Source of the DNA: Haliotis rubra
Taxonomy: Eukaryota
NCBI RefSeq assembly: GCF_003918875.1
Contig: NW_025765092.1
Span: forward strand, 1,364,001 to 1,428,000
Length of the DNA: 64,000 nucleotides
Reading direction: 5' to 3'
Below the pieces are notes generated by a model. That model did no database searches. It had not been told where the DNA came from and worked only from the letters and a program-made list of their open reading frames with translations. Both the position numbers and the translations under genes were made by a program. Shown one piece after another: positions 50,060 through 62,030 of this stretch (position 1 is its first letter; each line of letters begins with the position of its first letter).

Positions 50060-51581
50060 AACAACAAAGAGAGTTTGATCAAACATTATAAACCATAATT
50101 ATAATCGCTCTCCCATATCCTGATGTCTAAATCAAAGGGAGATTTGATCAAACATTATAAACCCAAATTATAATCTCTCTCCCATATCCTGATGTCTAAA
50201 ACAAAGGGAGATTTGATCAAACATTATAAACCCAAATAATAATCTCCCCCCCCATATCCTGATGTCTAAAACAAGGGAGATTTGATCAAACATTATAAAC
50301 CCAAGTAATAATCGCTCTCACATATCCTGATGTCTAAAACAAAGGGAGATTTGATCAAACATTATAAACCCAAGTAATAATCGCTCTCACATATCCTGAC
50401 GTGTAAAACAAGGGAGATTTGATCAAACCTTATAAACCCAAACAGTAATCTCTCTCCCATTTCCTGATGTCTAAAACAAAGGGGGATTGGATAAAACATT
50501 ATAAACCCAAACAATAATCGCTCTCCCATATCCTGATGTATAAAACAAAGGGGGATTTGATCAAACATTATAAACCCAAGTAATAATCGCTCTCACATAT
50601 CCTGATGTCTAAAACAAAGGGAGATTTGATGAAACATTATAAACCGAAACAATAATCGCTGTCTCATATCCTGATGTCTAAAACAAAGGGAGATTTGATC
50701 AAACATTATAAACCCAAATAATAATCGCTCTCCCATATCCTGATGTCTAAAACAAAGGGAGATTTGATCAAACATTATAAACCCAAATAATAATCGCTCT
50801 CCCATATCCTGATGTCTAAAACAAAGGGAGATTTGATCAAACATTATAAACCCAAATAATAATCGCTCTCCCATATCCTGATGTCTAAAACAAAGGGAGA
50901 TTTGATCAAACATTATAAACCCAAATAATAATCGCTCTCCCATATCCTGATGTCTAAAACAAAGGGAGATTTGATCAAACATAATAAACTCAAACAATAA
51001 TCGCTCTCCCATATCCTGATGTCTAAAACAAAGGGAGATTTGATCAAACATTATAAACCCAAGTAATAATCGCTCTCACATATCCTGGTGTCTAAAACAA
51101 AGGGAGATTTGATCAAACATTATAAACCCAAATAATAATCGCTCTCCCATATCCTGATGTCTAAAACAAAGGGAGATTTGATCAAACATTATAAACCCAA
51201 GTAATAATCGCTCTCACATATCCTGATGTCTAAAACAAAGGGAGATTTGATCAAACATTATAAACCCAAGTAATAATCGCTCTCCCATATCCTGATGTCT
51301 AAAACAAAGGGAGATTTGATCAAACATTATAAACCCAAATAATAATCGCTCTCCCATATCCTGATGTCTAAAACAAAGGGAGATTTGATCAAACATTATA
51401 AACCCAAATAATAATCGCTCTCCCATATCCTGATGTCTAAAACAAGGGAGATTTGATCAAACATAATAAACTCAAACAATAATCGCTCTCCCATTTCCTG
51501 ATGTCTAAAACAAAGGGAGATTTGATCAAACATTATAAACCCAAACAATAATCGCTCTCCTATATTCTGATGTCTAAAACA
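50060..51581. repeat. 69-bp tandem array, ~22 copies
   Basis: Unit aatcgctctcccatatcctgatgtctaaaacaaagggagatttgatcaaacattataaacccaaataat. Confidence 0.97.
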
Positions 51582-51633
51582 TTCTCAACATGTTTGATTT
51601 CATCCATGAACGGATATTCTTTTCACGCTATAG

Positions 51634-51848
51634 TTGTCTCGGGGACATCGGGTACACACTGATCGTATCAATCAAAGTGCACTGGACCAATTAACACCAG
51701 ATGTCATGCTGATGGTCCCAAGGTCTGGGGTGATGGTGATGCAGAGGCTAACAGAGAAGTTGATAATTCGTTCAGGAAGGGGATAACACCAGCTGAAGCT
51801 ACTGCGTATTATTCTAACTGGGTGGATGATGATCAGAAGTATGAGAAG
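51634..51848 (+). pseudogene. Disabled paralogous METTL27-like first coding exon (copy 2)
   Basis: Encodes VWGDGDAEANREVDNSFRKGITPAEATAYYSNWVDDDQKYEK|gtgaga, colinear with exon 1 of the intact gene. The ATG TCA at 51701 is 1 nt out of frame, and an in-frame TGA lies upstream. Confidence 0.72.
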
Positions 51849-54800
51849 GTGAGAACTCCTATTCATGTTTCAGTCGACTTTTATAACCTACAGCAATACT
51901 TAAAGGTAAGGAATATTATTCCAGCTACTGAGCGGATGATGATCAGAAGTATGAGAAGGTGAGAACACATATTAAGTTTTCAGTCGACCTTTATAACCTA
52001 CAGCACTATTACATCTACTGATCATTATTCCTACTGGATGGATGATGATCAGAAGTATGAGAAGGTGAGAACTCCTATTCATGTTTCAGTCGACTTTTAT
52101 AACCTACAGCAATACTTAAAGATAATGAATATTATTCCAAATGGGTGGATGATGATCAGAAGTATGAGAAGGTGAGAACTCCTATTAATGTTTCAGTCGA
52201 CTTTTATAGCCTACAGCAATACTTAAAGGTAAGGAATATTATTCCAGCTACTGAGCGGATGATGATCAGAAGTATGAGAAGGTGAGAACACATATTAAGT
52301 TTTCAGTCGACCTTTATAACCTACAGCACTATTACATCTACTGATCATTATTCCTACTGGATGGATGATGATCAGAAGTATGAGAAGGTGAGAACTCCTA
52401 TTCATGTTTCAGTCGACTTTTATAACCTACAGCAATACTTAAAGATAATGAATATTATTCCAAATGGGTGGATGATGATCAGAAGCATGAGAAGGTGAGA
52501 ACTATCAATGTTTCAGTCGAGTTTTATAACCTACAGCAATACTTAAAGATAATGAATATTATTCCAAATGGGTGGATGATGATCAGAAGTATGAAGGTGA
52601 GAACTCCTATTAATGTTTCAGTCGACTTTTATAGCCTACAGCAATACTTAAAGATAATGAATATTATTCCAAATGGGTGAATGATTATCAGAAGCATGAG
52701 AAGGTGAGAACTATCAATGTTTCAGTCGAGTTTTATAACCTACAGCAATACTTAAAGATAATGAATATTTTTCCAAATGGGTGGATGATTATCAGAAGCA
52801 TGAGAATGTGAGAACTATCAATGTTTCAGTCGAGTTTTATAACCTACAGCACTACTTACATCTATTGAGTATTATACCAAAAATGGGTGGATGATTATCA
52901 GAAGCATGAGAATGTGAGAACTATTAATGTTTCAGTCGAGTTTTATATCAACCTACAGCAATACTTAAAGATAATTAATATTATTCCAAATGGATGGATG
53001 ATTATCAGAAGCATGAGAATGTGAGAACTATCAATGTTTCAGTCGAGTTTTATAACCTACAGCACTACTTACATCTATTGAGTATTATACCAAAAATGGG
53101 TGGATGATTATCAGAAGCATGAGAATGTGAAAACTATCAATGTTTCAGTCGAGTTTTATAACCTACAGCACTTCTTACATCTATTGAGTATTATACCAAA
53201 AATGGGTGGATGATTATCAGAAGCATGAGAATGTGAGAACTATCAATGTTTCAGTCGACTTTTATAGCCTACAGCAGTACTTAAAGATAATGAATATTAT
53301 TCCAAATGGTGGATGATGACCAGAAGTAAGAGGTGAGAGCTCCTATTAATATATCAGTCGACTTTTATAGCCTACAGCAATACTTAAAGATAATGAATAT
53401 TATTCCAAATGGGCGGATGATGATCAGAAGTATGAGAAGGTGAGAACTATCAATGTTTCAGTCGAGTTTTATAACCTACAGCAATACTTAAAGATAATGA
53501 ATATTATTCCAAAAATGGGTGGATGATTATCAGAAGCATGAGAATGTGAGAACTATCAATGTTTCAGTCGAGTTTTATAACCTACAGTACTACTTACATC
53601 TATTGAATATTATTCCAAATGGGTGGATGATGATCAAAAGCATGAGAATGTGAGAACTCCTATCAATGTTTCAGTCGAGTTTTATAACCTACAGCACTAG
53701 TTACATCTAATGAGTATTATTCCAAAATGGGTGGATGATTATCAAAAGCATGAGAATGTGAGAACTATCAATGTTTCAGTCGAGTTTTATAACCTACAGC
53801 ACTACTTACATCTATGAATATTATACCAAAAATGGGTGGATGATTATCAGAAGCATGAGAATGTGAGAACTATCAAATGTTTCAGTCGAGTTTTATAACC
53901 TACAGCACTAGTTACATCTAATGAGTATTATACCAAAAATGGGTGGATGATTATCAGAAGCATGAGAATGTGAGAACTATCAATGTTTCAGTCGAGTTTT
54001 ATAACCTACAGCACTACTTACATCTATTGAGTATTATACCAAAAATGGGTGGATGATTATCAGAAGCATGAGAATGTTAGAACTATCAATGTTTCAGTCG
54101 AGTTTTATAACCTACAGCACTTCTTACATCTATTGAGTATTATACCAAAAATGGGTGGATGATTATCATCAGAAGCATGAGAATGTGAGAACTATCAATG
54201 TTTCAGTCGACTTTTATAACCTACAGCACTACTTAAATCTAATGAATATTATTCCAAAAATGGGTGGATGATTACCAGAAGCAAGAGAATGTGAGAACTA
54301 TTAATGTATCAGTCGAGTTTTATAACCTACAGCAATACTTAAAGATAATGAATATTATTCCAAATGGGTGGATGATTATCAGAAGCATGAGAAGGTGAGA
54401 ACTATCAATGTTTCAGTCGAGTTTTATAACCTACAGCAATACTTACATCTATTGAGTATTATACCAAAAATGGGTGGATGATTATCAGAAGCATGAGAAT
54501 GTGAGAACTATCAATGTTTCAGTCGAGTTTTATAACCTACAGCACTTCTTACATCTATTGAGTATTATACCAAAAATGGGTGGATGATTATCAGAAGCAT
54601 GAGAAGGTGAGAACTATCAATGTTTCAGTCGAGTTTTATAACCTACAGCAATACTTACATCTATTGAATATTATACCAAAAGTGGATGGTTGATTATCAG
54701 AAGCATGAGAATGTGAGAACTATCAATGTTTCAGTCGAGTGTTATAACCTACAGCACTACTTACATCTATTGAGTATTATTCCAACTGGGGGGATGATGA

Positions 54801-54865
54801 TCAGAAACAGGGGTAGGTGAAAACTATTAATGTTTCAGTCGACCTTTATAACCTACAACACTATT
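51807..54865 (+). repeat. ~107-bp tandem array, ~28 copies (plus a detached copy at ~55005-55095)
   Basis: Unit tattattccaaatgggtggatgat(g/t)atcagaag(t/c)atgagaa(g/t)gtgagaact..atgtttcagtcga(c/g)ttttataacctacagca(a/c)tactta... Confidence 0.97.
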
Positions 54866-55383
54866 TTTTCTTTGATTGGCATTTTAGAAGATGCTATTTG
54901 ATGAAGGTAAAGAATTTCCTGGATTTCATCTTTTTACAATAGTATAAAAGAATAAAACAGAAGACGAAATCCAGGAAATCTATGTTCAACTTTGACATCT
55001 GAGTAGATGATCAGAAACAGGAGAAGGTGAGAACCCCTATAAATTTTTCAGTCGACTTTTATAGCTTACAGCAATACTTCCAGCTTCTGAGCGGGGAGTA
55101 CTATTGCAACTGGGTGTAACATGACATACATACTAGAGTACACAATACATGCAGCATTCAGCGCGAGAACAATTACGGTGGCGCTAAAGACTATAAGAGT
55201 AGTGGTAAGGAATATATTCAGTAAAAATAATATTCATCTTGCAGCAACAACATTGGCCAAGCTTGGAAGTAGGCCTCGCCTTGATATCCAGTTGTTTTTT
55301 AACATATGATCAACACAACATTGGCGTCTCGTACACACCGTAAATCAGATACAATATTCCTCTTGTGGAAGCAAATTGGTATA

Positions 55384-57195
55384 CACTCTTAAAAAAGAAA
55401 GAAACGCATTTTGTTTTCAGCCGTTCATTTCGATATATTTTGACAGCAATCGTCATTAAGACAATTCCTATGTTTGAATCCCGTTAATCAGGTCGTGGTT
55501 GTTGTGGATTGCACGCAAACACATCCCAGAATGTGTTTGAAAACGAAAACGATACATGATAAGTGCATGCAGAAAATGTTTTCCATGTAATGCACCTGCA
55601 ATAGGTCGGACATGAGTAGAGACATTGACTATAAAAGGCCAAACCAAATACATCATTTCATTACGAAACTTACGACGTAGACGAAGATGAAAAATGCCAA
55701 GATTTAATACTACTGACTGAAGTGTGGCCATTGGGCATTAGGTGAGGTGAGGTGAGGTGAAGTGAGGTGAGGTGAGGTGAGGTGAGGTGAGGTGAGGTGA
55801 AATTGGGTTTAACGTCGTGCTTGAGAATAATTTGCTCATATCACGACGTGCATTCGTGTGTATGTGTGTATGTGCGGCTGCTTGTACTAGCCCAGACTGA
55901 AGCTGGTTTTATAGTGCTTGCCCACTGAGATACCATGCCGCAGTGAAGCATGAATACCCCACTCAGACACATTATATTGACTCCGAGCCGACCAGTCCTT
56001 GTTGTACCCATTAATGCCGAGCGCCAGGCAGGGACCAACAAGTACCATATTTTAATGTCTTTTGGTATGACGCGGTCGGGGATTGAACCCGCGACCTTCC
56101 GCTCTCCGTGTGGACGCTCTAACCACTCCACCACGGAGGCGGTCTTGGGCATTAGGAAGCAGGGGAGTCCCACTCTGCAGTTGCAAGACACTTCAACGTC
56201 CACCACAGCACCAAGCTTCAATTCGACCCAAGATCGTCCCAGAAGTGGAAGACCAAGAGTGGCCACTCCTGCTCAGTACCGATTCATCCGGGTATTTCAC
56301 CTCCGTCACCGGTTTGCTATAGCAGCGGACACTGCAGGACAGGTGCCTGGTCTTCGAAGAATTTCCGACCAAACCATCAGAAATTGTATGAGCGAAGTGG
56401 GAATTCGAGCATATCGACCAAAAGTTGGACCTGTCCTGGCACAACTGGTGTCCAATGGTGCAACAGGTTACAGACATTAGGAACGACGGGATGGGAGACA
56501 TCGTGTCTATCAACGCCAACACGAACGTTTTGCGCCGAATTGCTGTCGACAGGTGGACATATTTGGTGGAGAAAGCGTCATGGTGTGGGGAGCCATGTCC
56601 TACACGGGTAGATCAAAGCTAGTGATGGTTCGAATCGCTACATGGACAAAATCCTGCGACCTCATCTCCTCCCACTTTTTAACCGCCAGAGGGAGCTGTT
56701 TCAACACGGGAACGCTCGACCTGACACAGCTCGTGTGGCAAGTGCCTATCGCGGCAATGCAAACGTCAGTGATCTTCCCTGGCTTTCCTAAACGTCTGAT
56801 CTGAACCCGATCAAGCATCTATGGGACGATCTTGATCGACGCGTCCGTAAACGTCACCATCGTCCACAGGCACTTTGAGGACTTGCTAGCGCGTTGCAGG
56901 AGGTATGGCAAAGAATTTCCAAAGCAAAAATCCGACCACTTTTGCAATCCCTCCCAATGCGGTATTGAGCAGTGACGGCTGCAAGGGATGGTGTCATCAG
57001 GTACTGACCTGAACGCCCCCTTATGTCCACACATGCGCAGTGAGTGAACTGAATTAATGCTAACAATGACAAACAATACATATGCTCATCCGTGTGTCGA
57101 ATATCCTTCATCTATGTTCAAACTTAATCGACCAATATACACTTAAATACGTTTAATACATGTCCTTATTTTCGGACTATGCGTTTCTTTTTTAG
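55384..57195 (+). mobile_element. Decayed Tc1-family transposon (transposase pseudogene 55694-57007)
   Basis: TA|cactcttaaaaaagaaagaaacgca TIR and partial right TIR tgcgtttcttt. Fragments MPR..., DRPRSGRPRV, FGGESVMVWG, FQHGNARP, SDLNPIKHLWDDLDRRV, with stops and frameshifts. Confidence 0.92.
55743..56144 (-). mobile_element. tRNA-derived SINE family C (Meta/MESC-type central domain) inserted in the Tc1 transposase
   Basis: tRNA head, gtcataccaaaagac..aaaatatggtacttg..cctgcctggcgctcggcatta core, (cacct)n tail, TSD ttgggcattagg. Confidence 0.88.
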
Positions 57196-57721
57196 AAAAA
57201 CTACGCCAAACTACGTCGGCCTGTGTTTGTATAATAATATCAACTTGGTCCTGTATGTGAGATTTTATTTGAAGAAGTAACTTTACTGCCAGATCATTGT
57301 ACTTAATGTGGTGACAGGTTTGGCGGACCTGAATGGCTAGATTATAACCAGTTACAGTTTGGTGAAGTCTAGAGGTTTAAAAGCCGCTTGGAACAGTATT
57401 CCACTTACTCTCCAATGACTGGGCCACTCACACACAAGCACCGGTATAGTTACGACAAAACAAGGACCATAACCATCTCATTAGACATGTCCCTAATCAG
57501 TTATTACATAGCTGACATGTTAGCATTACCATTGATATCTATACTACTAAAAAAAAGTTAAGGATAGTCCGGTCCTGTTATTTCTATTTTGTCTTGGAAT
57601 GACAGATTACCTACAGTTAAGGGAATGTGGAGAAGTCCCTTTATAGCATTAACGTCAACGACAATGCACGGGTTCAACTTTGACGTCAAATTACGACGAG
57701 AATTATTTATAGACTAGAATA

Positions 57722-58615
57722 CACTAAACGCCAAAAGAAACGTTAACCTCCTTCCTTAATGACGGGGGTACCAATCTTCAGCTGGCGTTGTGATGCGTGG
57801 ACGTCCACTTCTTGGTCTGTCTACGGTGACCCCAGTCTGTCTGAAGCCCTGAATAAGTCTTGATACGATAGCATCCGAGGGCGTTGGCAACAACATTGTA
57901 TGTCGACCCCATCTGCACCATCCCAATGGCTCTTTCTCTCTCTTCAGCTGTTAATCGTGGCATATTTCTCGTACTTATGTATCAGATCATGTCTTCTAGG
58001 ATCTCTTTATACGCTACAGAATCATTCAACATGTAAAAAATTGATGCAAATACTGCTTGAATATTGCTGCGTTTTGGCGATTGATATAGCTATGTGTAAA
58101 CAGAAAATGGAAAAATATTACTTTGCAAGCAAAACTGTTACCAAAGAAAATTTCAGATGTTCCTAAACATTTTTTCACAACATCCCAGACACGTTTTACT
58201 TGTTTTCACTAATGCTAATCAGCTGAAAATGTTTTAAAAGACTGAAATCGTAGGAATGATTATTTTACAATTTTACACACTCTACAACAGTTGTTTCTTG
58301 TTTTAATAGTTGAAAAGTGGTGACTTTAAAATGGTTTATCTTTGTCTCAAACAAGATTTGTATTTCAACCTTTCTTTTGGACATCTAAATCACTGTTATT
58401 GGTTTATTTGGGCGTGGACGAAAATAGGACCATTTAACTCTTCTGAAAAAGATGCATTTCACCTAAATATGAATGCATTTGAGAACTATTTTTCGTGATT
58501 TGCATAAAGCTGTGTTGTTCAGCTTTCTTGTAAACTAATACCTTCTAACATATCTTTGATAGTGTTTAAGTAATTCGTAAATGTAGGAGGGTAACGTTTC
58601 TTTTGGCGTTTAGTG
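57722..58615 (-). mobile_element. Internally deleted Tc1/mariner element
   Basis: 31-bp TIR cactaaacgccaaaagaaacgtta(a/c)cctcct with TA TSDs. Retains only the N-terminal HTH fragment MPRLTAEERERAIGM...DRPRSGRPR (57963 down to ~57770). Confidence 0.9.
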
Positions 58616-58641
58616 TATGCCATCCCTTCAACAGTGTACCA

Positions 58642-59062
58642 ACCGCCTCCGTGGTGTAGTGGTTAGAGCGTCCGCCCGGAGAGCGGAAGGTCGCGGGTTC
58701 GATCCACGACCGCGTCATACCAAAAGACGTTAAAATATGGTACTTGCTGGTCCCCGCCTGGCGCTCGGCATTAATGGGTACAACAAGGACTGGTCGGCTC
58801 GGAGTCAGTATAATGTGTCTGAGTGGGGTATTCATGCTTCACTGCGGCATGGTATCTCAGTGGGCTAGCACTATAAAACCAGCTACCGGCTGGGCTAGTA
58901 CAAGCAGCCGCACATACACGTACACACGCATGCAGTCCAAATATTCTCAAGTACGACGCACCTCACCTCACCTCGTCCATATGTAACTAGAAATATTTCT
59001 CTGTACACGACATTAAACCCTGTAATTTCAACTACTCTGTACATATACACCTCACCTCACCT
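58642..59062 (+). mobile_element. SINE family C copy
   Basis: Near-identical to 55743-56144 in the opposite orientation; (cacct)n tail. A further 3' fragment lies at 60038-60138 (-). Confidence 0.88.
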
Positions 59063-59553
59063 ATGTCAGCAAAATAGAGGGTGTAAAAAATGCAGCAAAA
59101 TCGTTTCAGAAACTTGACACCTTGCTGGTTCCAGAACCTATCACTGAGACTGTGAGGTCAAAGTTCGACAAGCGAGGTGTCGAATACTAGCAAACGATTG
59201 GATTTGATCGTTTTTTGCATAACGCCATTCTTAGCAATATTCCGATCCCGTTATCGTCTTTAACGACAAGCATGGTTGCCAAAGAGCTTTTCTAAAATGG
59301 AACTGTATGAGGTATTTTAGAAAGCTAATCAGTACATTTGCATCTTTTTCTGAAATCAATTTACATTTCATCTCAAAGTGTACATCAGAAAACGTATATG
59401 TACTACATGTACTACAATTATTAATTATGAAACTTGATCCGGAGCATGGCTTGGTCTAAAGGACTATTGTCAATGAAAGGGCGTTCATTTCCATTAACGT
59501 CGATGATTACTGCAATTTACGAACAAAGAGGAAGCTAGTCTTGTATCTAACAT

Positions 59554-59695
59554 ATGTGAGGTAACATCCCCGCTGGTGCTGTCCACGTCTGGGACGAAGA
59601 GGACTTCGAGGGAGTCACGTCTTGTGTACAGGAAGGGCATAACACATGCGCAGGCTGTTGAATGTTATGCAACCTGGAGTACGAGATATGAGAAG
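59554..59695 (+). pseudogene. Disabled paralogous METTL27-like first coding exon (copy 3)
   Basis: ATG TGA (vs ATG TCA), then GNIPAGAVHVWDEEDFE, a frameshift (inferred ~8-nt deletion), then ESRLVYRKGITHAQAVECYATWSTRYEK|gtagga. Confidence 0.75.
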
Positions 59696-60255
59696 GTAGG
59701 AACGTACAATGTTTGTTAGCAGCTGACGCCGACGAATGACTATCAAACATTGGACATCAATATAAGCAACAAAACATTTTCCATATTCCAGGGGCGTAGC
59801 TACCATTATAAAAAAAGCCCGGGTTTACACATGGTTGTTGCTAAAAAGGTTCGGTCAGTTCCCCAATACTATCTAAATATAAAGCTTTGCAACCTATCGG
59901 GTTTACACGAAAAAATTTGTCTTCCTACGCGCTTGTATTCGTACAAAATATCTGGTAATAGCAGAGTCGACTGCGTAATTTCCACAGTGTCATGAACATG
60001 TGTTTACGAACCACTATAGTAAATACTCACGATGTCAGGTGAGGTGAGGTGAAATTGGGTTTAATGTCGTGCTTGAGAATATTTCGCTCATATGACGTCG
60101 TGCATGCGCGTGTATGTGTATGTGCGGCTGCTTGTACTATAGTCTATTTGCAGTGAAAATGTACCAATGAATTTGACTTTAAACAAAAAAGTAAATAGAA
60201 AAAAAAGTGAAAATAAGATTGCGAATCCTCATAATTTTACCTTGCCAATTGAACA

Positions 60256-60549
60256 TTAAAATCTCAGAATTTTATTCAACTTAGGATAAAAGTTGTTTAA
60301 CAAACGATCATGGTGTCAAACCGCTATTATTGGTTTGTATTACAAGGGGGTATGCACATTAGATGAAACACTAGAACAAGGAGGGTTGGTCTAAGTTAAC
60401 GCTCATCACATATCGCACGTGCATTTGTTTCACTGTTCCAACTACTACGCTTACCCCCCTTGTAATACAAACCAATAATAGCGATTTGAATCTATGATCG
60501 TTTGTTAAACAACTTTTATCTTAAGATGAATAAAGTTCTGAGATTTAAA
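60256..60549. repeat. Foldback/MITE inverted repeat (~95-bp arms)
   Basis: gataaaagttgtttaacaaacgatcat...tattattggtttgtattacaagggggta and its reverse complement. Confidence 0.85.
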
Positions 60550-61952
60550 TGGTAGATGTGAGCATTCTAAGTATATGTACAGTTTTTGACAACAATAGAC
60601 AGGCGATGACTCAACAATGGACAGATAGAAAATACAATAGCACTTCCTTGACCAGTTGATGCGATGGCAGACACGGCCAAGGGGAATGACCAATAAAGGT
60701 TATAAATGTCATACACAGTAATTAATTGCCTGACAAGTCAATGTACAATGCGGTAGTGATAAGGATGTACAGTAGTGATTAATAATACAGCTTAGCGTCA
60801 TATATATATTACAATAAAGTCTCGCATGTCTTGAGTACATAGTGTTAGTGTTTAAATATTTGGACGATGGCTGTCCTGAATTAGTCCCTATAACACAACT
60901 AAGCCCGGTCTTCTAGTACCCGATCGGTTGCAACAAAGGCCATTTTGTTCAGAATCAGGGAAACAGAACGTCTTCATGGCGCCCAGTACATTATCCAGTT
61001 TTACTTGTGTTTGGCCACAGTCAGGCATATATCCATTGAACGACTTCTAACTACCCCGAGCAAAGTATTGGTGAAAACAAAAGCTCTTTTTAGAAATCAG
61101 GGGACCTAGAACTTGAATGGACATGTCTTTGACATTAAGGTCATTTTGATTTCTTCAAGCAGGGAATCGAAAACCAGATCTGTCTTCAAAACCTGAAGGA
61201 AAAATGTCTTAAGTGTGATCAATTTCGAAGCGTCGGCATCTTATATTTATTTCTTGCCTCACATGATGGCCACGTGATATTGCCGGAATATTGCTAAAAG
61301 CGGCGTAAATCCAAACTCACTCATATTCCACATCGGCAAACTTAATAATACACATATCACCTAAACTTACGGCCAAAGAAACCTTACAACTGGTTTTAAA
61401 TCAATTTACTTTAAAAACCACAAACGATAGAGATGCATGAAGTAAAATATGTTGAAAACATTAAAATCACAACAAAATTTCAACATTTATGACAGACAAA
61501 CAGTAACCGATTCTGGCATGACGGTTCCACTGAATTGAGGTGTAGTAGCTAATACAAGCACCCATAAGAAATTTCTCAAGTTCTAAGACAAATTACCGCA
61601 CTATTACAATTTACCGCAGTATATTACATTTTACCACGTTATTACAATGTACGTCGAAGCACACACCAATAGCGTGTTTGACCACGCCCTCTACAAGACA
61701 CGGAAATAGTTTCAAGCGGACAGAAAGAATCACGCCGACTCTGATGTTGTCACCTGGATGATGTCCATCGTCATTCTTCTTGGGAGGGCTTAGATCATAT
61801 CTTGTCGTTTGGCTGTCGAATGTCGTCGCACACGACATCTCTGGGGTGTTTCGGTGATTTTTATCCCCCCGGTATATAATCGGTTATTTCAGCCACATAG
61901 CGACTACATTGAATTGAATCAGGACAGATTACTTTGTCCATAAATTTAAACT

Positions 61953-62030
61953 ATCATCATCATCATCATCATCATCATCACCACCACCACCATCATCATC
62001 ATCATCACCACATCACCACCAAAACCACCA
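61953..62030. repeat. (CAT/CAC)n microsatellite
   Basis: Direct inspection. Confidence 0.9.

Noticed and set aside
50362-51426. Repetitive ORFs (MFDQISLCFRHQDMGERLLFGFI)n
   Set aside because: Artefact of a 69-bp (3n) tandem unit; indels and stops break the frame between units.
50060-54865. CRISPR-like regular arrays
   Set aside because: Head-to-tail tandem repeats with no unique spacers; eukaryotic context; no cas genes.
58642-58715. tRNA gene-like sequence (also the heads of family A copies)
   Set aside because: SINE heads: they continue into SINE body and tail, several have TSDs, and there is no complete acceptor stem or terminator.
61611-61880. CpG-rich segment with a 75-aa minus-strand ORF, possible first exon
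   Set aside because: No recognisable homology and no in-frame downstream exon that I could support.
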